DNA from: Sulfurospirillaceae bacterium
GTDB taxonomy: Bacteria; Campylobacterota; Campylobacteria; Campylobacterales; Sulfurospirillaceae
Length of the DNA: 64,000 bases
Assembly (NCBI GenBank): GCA_033723415.1
Contig: JAWVXD010000008.1
Location: 1-64,000 of the forward strand
Direction: 5' to 3'
Shown: piece by piece, positions 41,773 to 50,984 of the stretch
Numbering within the stretch: the stretch's first letter is position 1
Layout: every line of letters begins with the position of its first letter
Made by a program: the position numbers and the translations under genes
Notes under the pieces: model-generated
What the model saw: only the letters and a program-made list of their open reading frames with translations
The model's database searches: none
Told to the model about the DNA's origin: nothing

Positions 41773-43067
41773 TGTTTTTTACCAAAGAACTTGTAAAAAA
41801 AGTTATCTACCATCTTCAGTGGAGCTCTATTTATGGCTAGACTTCCTTTTTTGATATTCTGAGTAACAGTGGTTCCTGCTGCGATCATGACATCATCCTC
41901 GATTTCTACAGGAGCTACAAGCTGCGTATCGCTCCCGATAAAAACATTTTTACCTATGATTGTTTGATACTTGGCTTTACCATCATAATTACATGTGATA
42001 GTGCCACATCCTATATTTGTTCCTTGATCTATGGTACTATCTCCTAGATAGCTTAGATGACCCGCCTTTACACCGTTTAGTGTAGATTTCTTTATCTCCA
42101 CGAAGTTGCCTATATGTGTATTCGTAATTTGTGATAAAGGTCTTATTCGAGCCATAGGTCCTATACTTGAGTTATCAACTGTAGAATCCTCAACAACACT
42201 GTTAGTTTTTATTATGGAGCTTATTATCTTGGTATTGCCTAAAAGACTTACTCCATTCTCTATAATACTTTCTCCTGAAATTTCCACACCGGCTTCTATA
42301 TAGACAGTGGAGGGAAGTCTCATGATAACTCCGGCTTCCATAAATCGTTTTTTGATTCTTTGTTGCATGAATTCTTCTGCGATTGACAAATGATATTTTG
42401 AATTTACACCCATAAAGATATCTTCATCTACATCTATAGCTTTTACAGGAATATTCTGTTCATTTGCAATCTTGACAAGATCAGTTATATAGTATTCTTT
42501 TTGTTTGTTGTTATTTGTAAGTTTGGGCAAATTGTTTTTTAAAAAAGACGTATCAAATAGATAAACTCCGGCATTTGAATCTTTGACCTTCTTCTCATCA
42601 TCATTCGCATCTTTTTCTTCTACTATTTTTTGTACCGTATTGTTAACGTCTTTTATAACTCTTCCGTATCCGCTTGCATCTTTGGCATGAAAACTGCTCA
42701 TAACGATATCAGCATCTTCTTCTAAGAATAAAAGCATATCTTTTGCTTCAAGAAGAGGCATATCACCATTAAGTACCAATACCTTTTTGTTCTTTGGTTT
42801 CAGTCCCATGATTGCTCCCCCTGTTCCCGGGTAGTTGTCATGATCTTGTATGATATAATTTATATTATTAAAATATTGATTCATCTTTTCTTGTATGGCT
42901 TTTGATTGATGAAATAGTATTACAGATATGTCATCTGATACTTTTTTTGCTTCTTTTATGATGTGATATAATATCTCAAAACCACTAATCTTGTGCAAAA
43001 CTTTTGGTGTTTCTGATTTCATTCTAGTTCCAAAACCAGCGGCCATTATTGCTATAGAGATTTGCAT
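41769..43067 (-). CDS. glmU: Bifunctional UDP-GlcNAc pyrophosphorylase/acetyltransferase
   Basis: MAAGFGTRMKSETPKVLH, EYYITD, GNFVEIKK, HLSYLGD, CNYDG; start reset to ATG 43067. Confidence 0.96.
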   Translation of the reverse strand: MQISIAIMAAGFGTRMKSETPKVLHKISGFEILYHIIKEAKKVSDDISVILFHQSKAIQEKMNQYFNNINYIIQDHDNYPGTGGAIMGLKPKNKKVLVLNGDMPLLEAKDMLLFLEEDADIVMSSFHAKDASGYGRVIKDVNNTVQKIVEEKDANDDEKKVKDSNAGVYLFDTSFLKNNLPKLTNNNKQKEYYITDLVKIANEQNIPVKAIDVDEDIFMGVNSKYHLSIAEEFMQQRIKKRFMEAGVIMRLPSTVYIEAGVEISGESIIENGVSLLGNTKIISSIIKTNSVVEDSTVDNSSIGPMARIRPLSQITNTHIGNFVEIKKSTLNGVKAGHLSYLGDSTIDQGTNIGCGTITCNYDGKAKYQTIIGKNVFIGSDTQLVAPVEIEDDVMIAAGTTVTQNIKKGSLAINRAPLKMVDNFFYKFFGKKQ

Positions 43068-43219
43068 AAATCCCAACTCCTAAAAATTTGATGTAGAATA
43101 TATGATATTTTAACAGAACTTTGTTTTAAATGGGCTAAAGATAGAGCTAAAAAAAGATTTAATCATCTTTTAACACAAATAAACTTAAAATATGAAAATC
43201 AAATAAAAGGCTATTATTT

Positions 43220-43381
43220 ATGGATTTAGGAAGGGCACAATTTTACCCAATAGATTCAAATGTAACAAAAGAGGGCATAGCAAAGAACAGAAAAGTTAAG
43301 CCAAGTTTTTTTATGATTATTGACACAGAGAATAGTATCGCACAAAAAAGTATACTTGATATAAAGAAACAACAAGGATAG
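43220..43381 (+). pseudogene. motA'::'motB deletion remnant (53 codons)
   Basis: Hand translation MDLG-RAQFYPIDSNVTKEGIAKNRKVKPSFF...KSILDIKKQQG*: a MotA-like start joined to a degenerate OmpA-like/MotB C-terminal motif; SD AAAAGG upstream. Confidence 0.7.
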
Positions 43382-43383
43382 TA

Positions 43384-44118
43384 GTGAAGAAAAGTATATT
43401 TTTTATTTTTTTATTTTTTACGGTAGCTCTTTTCGGAGCTGACACCATACCTACGGTAAATCTCTCTCTTAGTGCACCAAATACGCCAGAGCAATTAGTA
43501 AGCAGTTTAAATCTATTAGTATTATTGACTATACTTGTTTTAGCACCTTCAATCCTCTTTGTCATGACGAGCTTTTTGAGACTTATTATCGTATTTTCAT
43601 TTTTGAGACAAGCATTAGGTACTCAACAAATGCCACCAAGTAATATCTTGGTTTCTTTGGCTCTTGTACTGACTTTTTTTATAATGCAGCCAGTTGCAAC
43701 AAAATCTTACAATGATGCGGTAAAGCCGTATCTTGCCAAACAAATAGGATATCAGGTGGCATTTGAGCGGGCTGCTAAACCTTTTAAGGCCTTCATGATC
43801 AGAAATACCAGAGAAAAAGATCTTGCACTTTTCTTTAGGATCAGAAAACTAGAAAATCCAAAAAATATAGAAGATGTTCCTCTTATTGTTGCAGTTCCTG
43901 CATTTATGATAAGTGAATTAAAAACTGCATTTGAGATCGGTTTTTTACTTTACCTGCCATTTTTGGTTATTGATATGGTTGTGAGTTCTATCTTGATGAG
44001 TATGGGTATGATGATGTTACCGCCTGTTATGATATCTTTGCCGTTTAAGTTGCTGATCTTCGTGCTGGTAGATGGTTGGAATCTGCTGATTGGCAGTCTA
44101 ATAAAAAGTTTTCATTAG
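43384..44118 (+). CDS. fliP: Flagellar export apparatus protein FliP
   Basis: MTSFLR, LRQALGTQQMPP, PAFMISELKTAF, MGMMMLPP. Confidence 0.97.
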   Translation: MKKSIFFIFLFFTVALFGADTIPTVNLSLSAPNTPEQLVSSLNLLVLLTILVLAPSILFVMTSFLRLIIVFSFLRQALGTQQMPPSNILVSLALVLTFFIMQPVATKSYNDAVKPYLAKQIGYQVAFERAAKPFKAFMIRNTREKDLALFFRIRKLENPKNIEDVPLIVAVPAFMISELKTAFEIGFLLYLPFLVIDMVVSSILMSMGMMMLPPVMISLPFKLLIFVLVDGWNLLIGSLIKSFH

Positions 44119-44906
44119 TTTTTCATTTTCTTCTCTAAGTTTCTTGACCACAATGATATAGGATAAGTTAAGATTAAATATCCGATCGCCAGTGGAATAT
44201 AACTTTCCAAGGTTGAAAAAGTATAAGAATTTACCTCTTGGGCATTCATCGTAAACTCATTTACCGAAATTATAGATAGTAAAGATGAATCTTTGATGAT
44301 TGATGCAAACTGCCCTGTGAGTGGAGGTATAATCCTTTTGTAGGCTTGTGGAAAGATGATATATCTATAGGTTTGAAAAACAGTAAATCCAAGAGACAAT
44401 GAGGTTTCGTATTGTTCTTTGGATATGCTAAATATACCGGCTCTTATTATCTCACTGACATATGCTCCGGAAAAAAGTGCCAATATGACGATTCCGACGA
44501 TATATCTGTTATCTAAACCTAAATTTGTTGCAACTATGTAAAAAAAGATAAGAATTTGAACTAAAAGGGGAGTACCTCTGATAATCTCAATATAAAATCT
44601 TGAAAAAAATCTAAGTAAAATAAATTTTGAATTTTGTCCATATGCAAAAAATAAACCGATAAAAAAACTAAGGATCAGAGCAAAAAATGATATATATATT
44701 GTTGTTGAAAAACCGTTTATAAATTTCTGTCTGTATTGATACACGCTATCCCAATGAAAATCATATGATGTGGTTGTGAACATAAAATAAAAAAATAAAA
44801 CAATTATCAGGGAAAGGAGTATCAGATTAAAGAGATAAACCTTCTTATCTATCTTCAACTCTTCTTGATAATTGTTTTTTTGTATAAAAAAGTCTATTAA
44901 TTTTAT
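44115..44906 (-). CDS. Polar amino acid ABC transporter permease (start probably ATA 44906; ORF track uses TTG 44858)
   Basis: YIEIIRGTPLLVQI, AYVSEIIRAG, IIKDSSL. Confidence 0.9.
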   Translation of the reverse strand: MKLIDFFIQKNNYQEELKIDKKVYLFNLILLSLIIVLFFYFMFTTTSYDFHWDSVYQYRQKFINGFSTTIYISFFALILSFFIGLFFAYGQNSKFILLRFFSRFYIEIIRGTPLLVQILIFFYIVATNLGLDNRYIVGIVILALFSGAYVSEIIRAGIFSISKEQYETSLSLGFTVFQTYRYIIFPQAYKRIIPPLTGQFASIIKDSSLLSIISVNEFTMNAQEVNSYTFSTLESYIPLAIGYLILTYPISLWSRNLEKKMKN

Positions 44907-44915
44907 GATATTATC

Positions 44916-45707
44916 CTAAAAGAAAAATGGAATACCAAGCTCATCAAATCTCTCTTTAGTACTTTTTAAATATTTGTTAGCCAATTTGTTGAATGTGCCG
45001 TCTGATTTTGCTTGTTTTATAAAAGCGTTTATTTCAGCTTTAAGCTTAGGTTGGCCTTTTCTCAGTGCTATTCCCCAATGCTCTGGATGATTTGAAATAG
45101 GAGTTAATAAAGCAACAGTTGTTTTCTTGTGTTTTTCCCAGCTTTTATAAACTGTTAATTGTCCGTAAATAAAAGCATCAGCTCTTTTTTGTATGACTTC
45201 AAGCACGGCAGAGCTAACTTGATCTAAAATTAAAAGTTTTGCTTTTTTCAGGTGTTTAGTGGCATAAACATCAGCTGTAGTACCCTTCTTTACTGCAATT
45301 ACCATGCCTTCTTTATTTAAATCTTTGATACTTTTAACACCGGAATTTGGGTACGTTAAAATACATAAGTTTGCATCAGCATACGGAATCGAAAAATCGA
45401 TAACTTTTCCTCGCTCTTTCGTAATTGTCATAGAAGAAATGATAATATCTATTTTTTTAGTTTTTAGAGATGGGATGAGCCCATTCCAGGCTATATTTTC
45501 TATTTTTACGGGTCTTCCTAGATACTTACCTAGCGCATAAGCCAAATCAACACTTACTCCACTTGGTTTACCGTCTTTTGTGCTCATTTCAAATGGAGGA
45601 TATGCTAACTCCATACCTACTTTCAATGGTTTCACATCTTTTGCATTTATTGATAATGCGCCAAAAAGTGCGATTAAAAGCACCAAAATAAAACTTTTTT
45701 TCAACAT
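44916..45707 (-). CDS. Polar amino acid ABC transporter substrate-binding protein (family 3)
   Basis: Signal peptide; GMELAYPPFE, SSMTITKER, DFSIPY. Confidence 0.92.
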   Translation of the reverse strand: MLKKSFILVLLIALFGALSINAKDVKPLKVGMELAYPPFEMSTKDGKPSGVSVDLAYALGKYLGRPVKIENIAWNGLIPSLKTKKIDIIISSMTITKERGKVIDFSIPYADANLCILTYPNSGVKSIKDLNKEGMVIAVKKGTTADVYATKHLKKAKLLILDQVSSAVLEVIQKRADAFIYGQLTVYKSWEKHKKTTVALLTPISNHPEHWGIALRKGQPKLKAEINAFIKQAKSDGTFNKLANKYLKSTKERFDELGIPFFF

Positions 45708-45822
45708 AACCTCTCCATTTTTAGCTAGATTCTATAAGAATTTTGCATTATGACAAAGAGTATATTAGAGTTTTATTAATCCAATCCTTTGTCATGATGC
45801 AAAAATATTGTCAGATTTGTTA

Positions 45823-46038
45823 TTAATCAGCGTGTCTGCCGTCACAAAAAGGCAGTCTGGAGCTTTTTTGACAGCTGCACAATTGATAACTTTTGCTTTT
45901 TTCTACTTGAAATTTTTTTGGCGTAAATTTACTACCTTTATGATTCCCGTTGCAAAAGACTCCTTTTTCTCCTCTTTTACAAGTACAAAAGAAGTAATCT
46001 TTGTCAGCTTCTAGTTCTATCCTTACCGGTCCTATCAT
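45823..46038 (-). CDS. Tandem CDGSH [2Fe-2S] (NEET/MiNT-like) protein
   Basis: CTC...FCNGNH and CSC...PFCDGRH motifs; SD AAAGGA. Confidence 0.88.
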   Translation of the reverse strand: MIGPVRIELEADKDYFFCTCKRGEKGVFCNGNHKGSKFTPKKFQVEKSKSYQLCSCQKSSRLPFCDGRHAD

Positions 46039-46160
46039 TGTTTATTCCTTTAAAATGTTTATTATAAGTTTACATACGAAGATGCTTTTGATGCTAATCA
46101 TAACATTATTAAGAGAAAATTGTAAATTTTTATAAATACAGTAAGTATGTATATAAGATA

Positions 46161-46246
46161 TGGTACCTGAGGCCGGACTCGAACCGGCACGAGCAAAGCT
46201 CACAAGATTTTGAGTCTAGCGCGTCTACCAGTTTCACCACTCAGGC
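46161..46246 (-). tRNA. tRNA-Leu(CAA)
   Basis: Minus strand GCCTGAGTGGTGAAACTGGTAGACGCGCTAGACT-CAA-AATCTTG...GGTTCGAGTCCGGCCTCAGGTACCA; long variable arm; encoded CCA. Confidence 0.96.
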
Positions 46247-46274
46247 ACCTAAAAGAGAATGGAATATTACAAAA

Positions 46275-46316
46275 AAAAAGCTTAAAGAGTGATTATCTCA
46301 CATCTTTAAGCTTTTT
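46275..46316 (-). terminator. Intrinsic terminator of hup
   Basis: AAAAAGCTTAAAGA...TCTTTAAGCTTTTT hairpin followed by a long U-tract on the minus strand. Confidence 0.8.
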
Positions 46317-46328
46317 AATTTTGAATAA

Positions 46329-46607
46329 TTAAGATTTTGCTACAGAATCTTTTAATTTTTTACCGACTTTGAATTTTACCGCAGTTGTCGCTGCAACGTC
46401 TACAACTCTATCCGTTCCTGGAACTCTTGCTTTTCTAGCAGCTCTTTTAGCTGTACTAAATGTTCCAAAACCAATAAAACTAACATTTTTACCGGCAACT
46501 AGTGCATCTTCTATAGCTTCGATAGCTGCATCAAGAACTTTCTGAGTATCTTTTTTTGATAGTTCAGCTTTCTCTGAAACTGCTTGTACAAATTCTGCTT
46601 TTTTCAT
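46329..46607 (-). CDS. hup: HU family DNA-binding protein
   Basis: MKKAEFV...IGFGTF...RAARKAR.PGT...KFKVGKKLK. Confidence 0.95.
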   Translation of the reverse strand: MKKAEFVQAVSEKAELSKKDTQKVLDAAIEAIEDALVAGKNVSFIGFGTFSTAKRAARKARVPGTDRVVDVAATTAVKFKVGKKLKDSVAKS

Positions 46608-46686
46608 TCTGCAATCCTTTAGAAATAATGTATTTTAGGCATTGTACAATTTTTTTTTAAAAAAAACAATAATTTTTTTAAAAAAT

Positions 46687-46713
46687 TAAATAAATTATGT
46701 AAAAAACCGATAT
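46687..46713 (+). promoter_or_regulatory. Possible sigma28 promoter upstream of flgL
   Basis: TAAA-N15-ACCGATAT. Confidence 0.55.
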
Positions 46714-46722
46714 TTTAGTCAT

Positions 46723-46739
46723 AAGGAACCATTTTTGCT
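46723..46739 (+). promoter_or_regulatory. Sigma54 promoter of flgL
   Basis: AAGGAACCATTTTTGCT, GG-N10-GC. Confidence 0.75.
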
Positions 46740-46771
46740 TATCTAAATCTGACAATTCATTAGGAGAATTT

Positions 46772-48766
46772 ATGAGAATTACTAATTCACTTTTTTATTT
46801 GAATACCTTGACAAACTACCAAAGTAATATGAAAAGTTTATATGATGCGAATAGCCAAATATCATCCGGTACAAAGATTCAAAACAGTTATCAAGATAGT
46901 GGTGTATACTCAGAAACTATGAGATTAAATAGCGAATTAACTACTTTAAAGCAAGTGCAAGATAATAGTTCAGCTGCTCAGACATTTGCTAACAATACAG
47001 ATTCTGCTATGAATCAGATGAATGACATGCTTACACAATTTAAAACTAAATTAATTCAGGCTGCAAATGGTTCAAACTCGACAACTAGTTTAACAGCCAT
47101 TGCAAATGATTTACAATCTTTAAGAGATAGTTTCGCATCGGTTGCCAACACTTCTATAAATGGTCAATTTATTTTTTCTGGGTCCGCAGTTAGTGTAAAA
47201 CCTATAAATAATGATGGAACCTATAATGGAAATGACAATAGTCTTACATCTGTTATAGGTTCAAACGTAAAGTTGCCCTATAATATAGACGGTCAATCTC
47301 TTTTTTTAGGAAAGGATAGTGATTATTCAAAAAGTGTATCTACAAATGTTGTCATGTATAATCAAACAACACTGGCCAATAACGGTGGCAAAGTCAACTT
47401 AAAATCAAGCGATACAATTCAAGATATGGTTGGTGGAAATGCAACTACTAATGGAAAACCAGTATTCTATCTATCAGGAAGAAAGCCAAATGGAGATACG
47501 TTTAACACTAAAATTTCAATAAGCACCACTTCAAAAGTTTCTGATTTATTAGACAGTATAGGAGCAGCATATGGAAATACTGCTACGAATCAAGTTGTAA
47601 ATGTAAGTTTAAATTCTTATGGGCAAATAGAAGTCAAAGGGGTGGCGAAAGGAAATTCTTTACTTCAAATGAATATTTTTGGAGCTATAGATAGAACAGC
47701 AGCCGGTACTGTTGGTACAGCAGATCAAACTGATATAAACAATCTCTCAGCTCAGCCAAATGTTGATATCATTGGATTCTTAAAAAGTAACTTTATAAAT
47801 TCCAGTACAACTTTAAGCGATGCCTCAAATTACTCTGTAAGAGGATTTGCAAAAGATGGGAATGTATTGTCTTCAAATGTATCTCAATTTGTGAAATCTA
47901 CAAGTGATTACGCAACGCCGGCTACTAAACTCTCAGAGGTGGCTGGATCATCAACTTTAGATGGAAAACAGTTTAATCTAACTGGAAAAGATACAAATGG
48001 TAATACTTTTAATGCAAAATTAAATCTTAGCAACAGTGCAAGTGGATCAACATTTACTGTAGGCGGCAATACTTACACTATCTTTGATGCTAGCGGTAAT
48101 CCTACTAAAGCTGACAATGTTACATACCAACAGCTAAATGATGTTGTTAGTATGATAACTTCAGGAACGATGCCTACTACAAATACGGTAACAGATTATA
48201 ACAGTGCATTGACTTCAGCACAACAAAATGTGAGTGTTTCTCTTGATAATCAAGGTAAAATGCAAATTAAGGATAACAACAAGACTTCATCAAGTATTGA
48301 ATTTACTATGTATGATTCAAATAATAGCACGTTTAATGGAACAAGTGCAGCTCCTGCTTTAACTTTTATGGCAAATGATGCAATAACTACTGATGGACCG
48401 AATCTTGATATCTTTAAGCAATTAGACAATATGATACAAGCGGTAAAAGATGGTAATTTTAATATGGATTCTACTTCATCTGATCCAAGAAATATAGGAA
48501 TACAAAATTCACTTCTACAGATTCAACATATAAGTGATCATGTAAACAAGATGCATACAAAAATTGGTTCCTATTCAAATGCACTGCAAAGGGCTAATGA
48601 TAGAGCAAGTTTTCTAAGCCTAAATGTAACAAAAGTAAAAAGTAAAGTAGCAGATGTTGACATCGCCCAAGCATACTTGAACTTCTCGCAATTGAGTAAT
48701 AGTTATCAGGCTATGCTTTCTACAATTGCAAAAATTAATTCTATGTCTCTATTAAAGTATATGTAA
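46772..48766 (+). CDS. flgL: Flagellar hook-associated protein 3
   Basis: MRIT...QISSGTKI, ANTSINGQFIFSG, YQAMLSTIAKINSMSLLKYM. Confidence 0.92.
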   Translation: MRITNSLFYLNTLTNYQSNMKSLYDANSQISSGTKIQNSYQDSGVYSETMRLNSELTTLKQVQDNSSAAQTFANNTDSAMNQMNDMLTQFKTKLIQAANGSNSTTSLTAIANDLQSLRDSFASVANTSINGQFIFSGSAVSVKPINNDGTYNGNDNSLTSVIGSNVKLPYNIDGQSLFLGKDSDYSKSVSTNVVMYNQTTLANNGGKVNLKSSDTIQDMVGGNATTNGKPVFYLSGRKPNGDTFNTKISISTTSKVSDLLDSIGAAYGNTATNQVVNVSLNSYGQIEVKGVAKGNSLLQMNIFGAIDRTAAGTVGTADQTDINNLSAQPNVDIIGFLKSNFINSSTTLSDASNYSVRGFAKDGNVLSSNVSQFVKSTSDYATPATKLSEVAGSSTLDGKQFNLTGKDTNGNTFNAKLNLSNSASGSTFTVGGNTYTIFDASGNPTKADNVTYQQLNDVVSMITSGTMPTTNTVTDYNSALTSAQQNVSVSLDNQGKMQIKDNNKTSSSIEFTMYDSNNSTFNGTSAAPALTFMANDAITTDGPNLDIFKQLDNMIQAVKDGNFNMDSTSSDPRNIGIQNSLLQIQHISDHVNKMHTKIGSYSNALQRANDRASFLSLNVTKVKSKVADVDIAQAYLNFSQLSNSYQAMLSTIAKINSMSLLKYM

Positions 48767-48819
48767 ATATAGCATTATTTGCTATAATACATTTTCTAAT
48801 AGATTGCAAAGGATACAGT

Positions 48820-50919
48820 ATTTTAAAAGAAACTATTTTTGTCGTTATTACATCATTTCTAATTTTTTTAGGACTTTCTACCATACTTGGTGATTCATCT
48901 ATCGTTGGTTTATATGGCGCAACACTTGGAAAAATAAATCATAAAATGTTTGGCTATCTGTCATATGTTTATCCATTTATATTTATTATTTTATCGTACT
49001 TCGTTTATAAAAATTCTACTTTTACCACAAGAAGGATAGAGATATATCTTGCCTATGTTCTTTTGTTCCTGTCTTCTTTGATGATTCAATCAGTAGTGAT
49101 TCCAGGTAATGGCTATATAGGTTATTCTATTACAGAATCAATAATATCATATATAGGAATAGCTGGTGTTTGGATTAGTATAATCGCTATAGTAGCTTTG
49201 AGTGTTGCTATGTTGTTTGACGTTAGATTTGATGAATTGTTTTCATTCTTGAAAGAAAAAAGCGAGGGAAATATAGAAAAAAAAAGTGAATATTTTGAGA
49301 TCGAAGAAGTTCCAAAGAAGAAAACTCAAGTAAAAAATTCAAAAAACAATATTGAAAACAGTAATCCAAATATTGTTGATGAAGAAACAATACAAGAAGA
49401 AGAACAGCTAGATACAGAGATAAAAGAAGAAAAACCTCTGAGTAAAAAATCAGAAATATTAAATGAAGTAGAAGAAAATAAAAAACTTTTGGATCAAATT
49501 GAAAAAGGAAAGATAGATAAACCAGAAAATTACCAGCTGCCGCCTTTAAAATTTTTAGTTGATCCTCCCAAAAGAAATCATCATATAAATGAAAGTGAAA
49601 TTGATCAAAAAATATCAAATCTACTTGATAAACTTAAAAGATTTAAGATTGACGGAGATGTTGTAAGGACTTATTCCGGCCCTGTTGTTACAACATTTGA
49701 ATTTAAGCCGGCACCACATATAAAAGTATCTAAGATCTTGACATTGCAAGATGACTTGGCTATGGCATTAAAAGCTAAAACTATTCGTATACAAGCTCCG
49801 ATCCCGGGCAAAGATGTAGTCGGTATTGAAGTACCGAATAAAAAAATCGAGACTATTTACTTAAAAGAGATACTAGAAAGCGATATTTTCAAAAACTCAT
49901 CCTCTCCTTTAACTATGGCACTTGGAAAGGATATAGTCGGAAATCCATTTGTGACAGATCTAAAAAAACTTCCACATCTTTTGATCGCAGGAACTACAGG
50001 AAGCGGTAAAAGTGTAGGTATCAATGCTATGCTTTTGTCTTTGCTTTATAGAAATTCTCCAGATACGCTCAAACTTCTCATGATAGATCCAAAAATGTTG
50101 GAGTTTTCAATTTACAATGATATCCCACATCTTTTAACACCAGTTATCACAAAGCCAAAGCATGCTATCGTAGCATTGTCAAATATGGTAAATGAGATGG
50201 AGCGAAGATATAAAGTTCTTACACAATCTAGAACAAAAAATATAGAAAACTATAATGAAAAAGTAAAAAAACACGGAGGAACACAACTTCCTTATATCGT
50301 TGTAATCATTGATGAATTGGCAGATTTGATGATGACAAGCGGAAAAGAAGTAGAGTTTTATATCTCACGTCTCGCTCAAATGGCAAGAGCAAGTGGAATA
50401 CATCTTTTAGTGGCTACTCAAAGACCTTCAGTAGATGTCGTGACTGGACTCATCAAAGCAAATCTTCCTTCTCGCATCAGTTTCAAAGTAGGACAAAAAA
50501 TAGATAGTAAAGTTATTTTAGATGCAAGTGGTGCAGATTCACTTCTAGGAAGAGGGGATATGCTCTTCACGCCGCCTTCTACTTCTGGATTGATCAGACT
50601 TCATGCTCCATATGCAAGCGAAGAAGAGATTGAAAAAGTTGTAGAATATCTTAAAAAGCAAAGAAAAGTAGAATATGATGATAACTTTCTAAAAGAAGAA
50701 GAGAGCAATTTTGGAAGTAGCAGTATAGCAAATGAAGATATTGATGAATTATTTGAAGATGCAAAAAATATAGTTCTAAATGAGAAAAAATGCTCTATCA
50801 GTTATATTCAAAGAAGACTGCAGATAGGCTATAACAGAGCTGCTAGAATCGTTGAACAATTAGAAGCTACAGGCATACTATCATCCGTAAATTCAAAAGG
50901 ACAAAGAGAAATTTTATAA
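48820..50919 (+). CDS. ftsK: DNA translocase FtsK (start probably ATT 48820; ORF track uses ATG 48946)
   Basis: PHLLIAGTTGSGKS, IDELADLMM, ATQRPS, gamma domain QRRLQIGYNRAAR. Confidence 0.95.
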   Translation: MLKETIFVVITSFLIFLGLSTILGDSSIVGLYGATLGKINHKMFGYLSYVYPFIFIILSYFVYKNSTFTTRRIEIYLAYVLLFLSSLMIQSVVIPGNGYIGYSITESIISYIGIAGVWISIIAIVALSVAMLFDVRFDELFSFLKEKSEGNIEKKSEYFEIEEVPKKKTQVKNSKNNIENSNPNIVDEETIQEEEQLDTEIKEEKPLSKKSEILNEVEENKKLLDQIEKGKIDKPENYQLPPLKFLVDPPKRNHHINESEIDQKISNLLDKLKRFKIDGDVVRTYSGPVVTTFEFKPAPHIKVSKILTLQDDLAMALKAKTIRIQAPIPGKDVVGIEVPNKKIETIYLKEILESDIFKNSSSPLTMALGKDIVGNPFVTDLKKLPHLLIAGTTGSGKSVGINAMLLSLLYRNSPDTLKLLMIDPKMLEFSIYNDIPHLLTPVITKPKHAIVALSNMVNEMERRYKVLTQSRTKNIENYNEKVKKHGGTQLPYIVVIIDELADLMMTSGKEVEFYISRLAQMARASGIHLLVATQRPSVDVVTGLIKANLPSRISFKVGQKIDSKVILDASGADSLLGRGDMLFTPPSTSGLIRLHAPYASEEEIEKVVEYLKKQRKVEYDDNFLKEEESNFGSSSIANEDIDELFEDAKNIVLNEKKCSISYIQRRLQIGYNRAARIVEQLEATGILSSVNSKGQREIL

Positions 50920-50984
50920 TTTTTAAATAACTTTGTGATACAATCCGTATGCTTATTAAATAAAGACTACAAGGAGAATTTAAT

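Noticed and set aside
46161..46246. tRNA-Leu as a possible island integration site
   Set aside because: No integrase and no duplicated tRNA 3' end noticed in the window.
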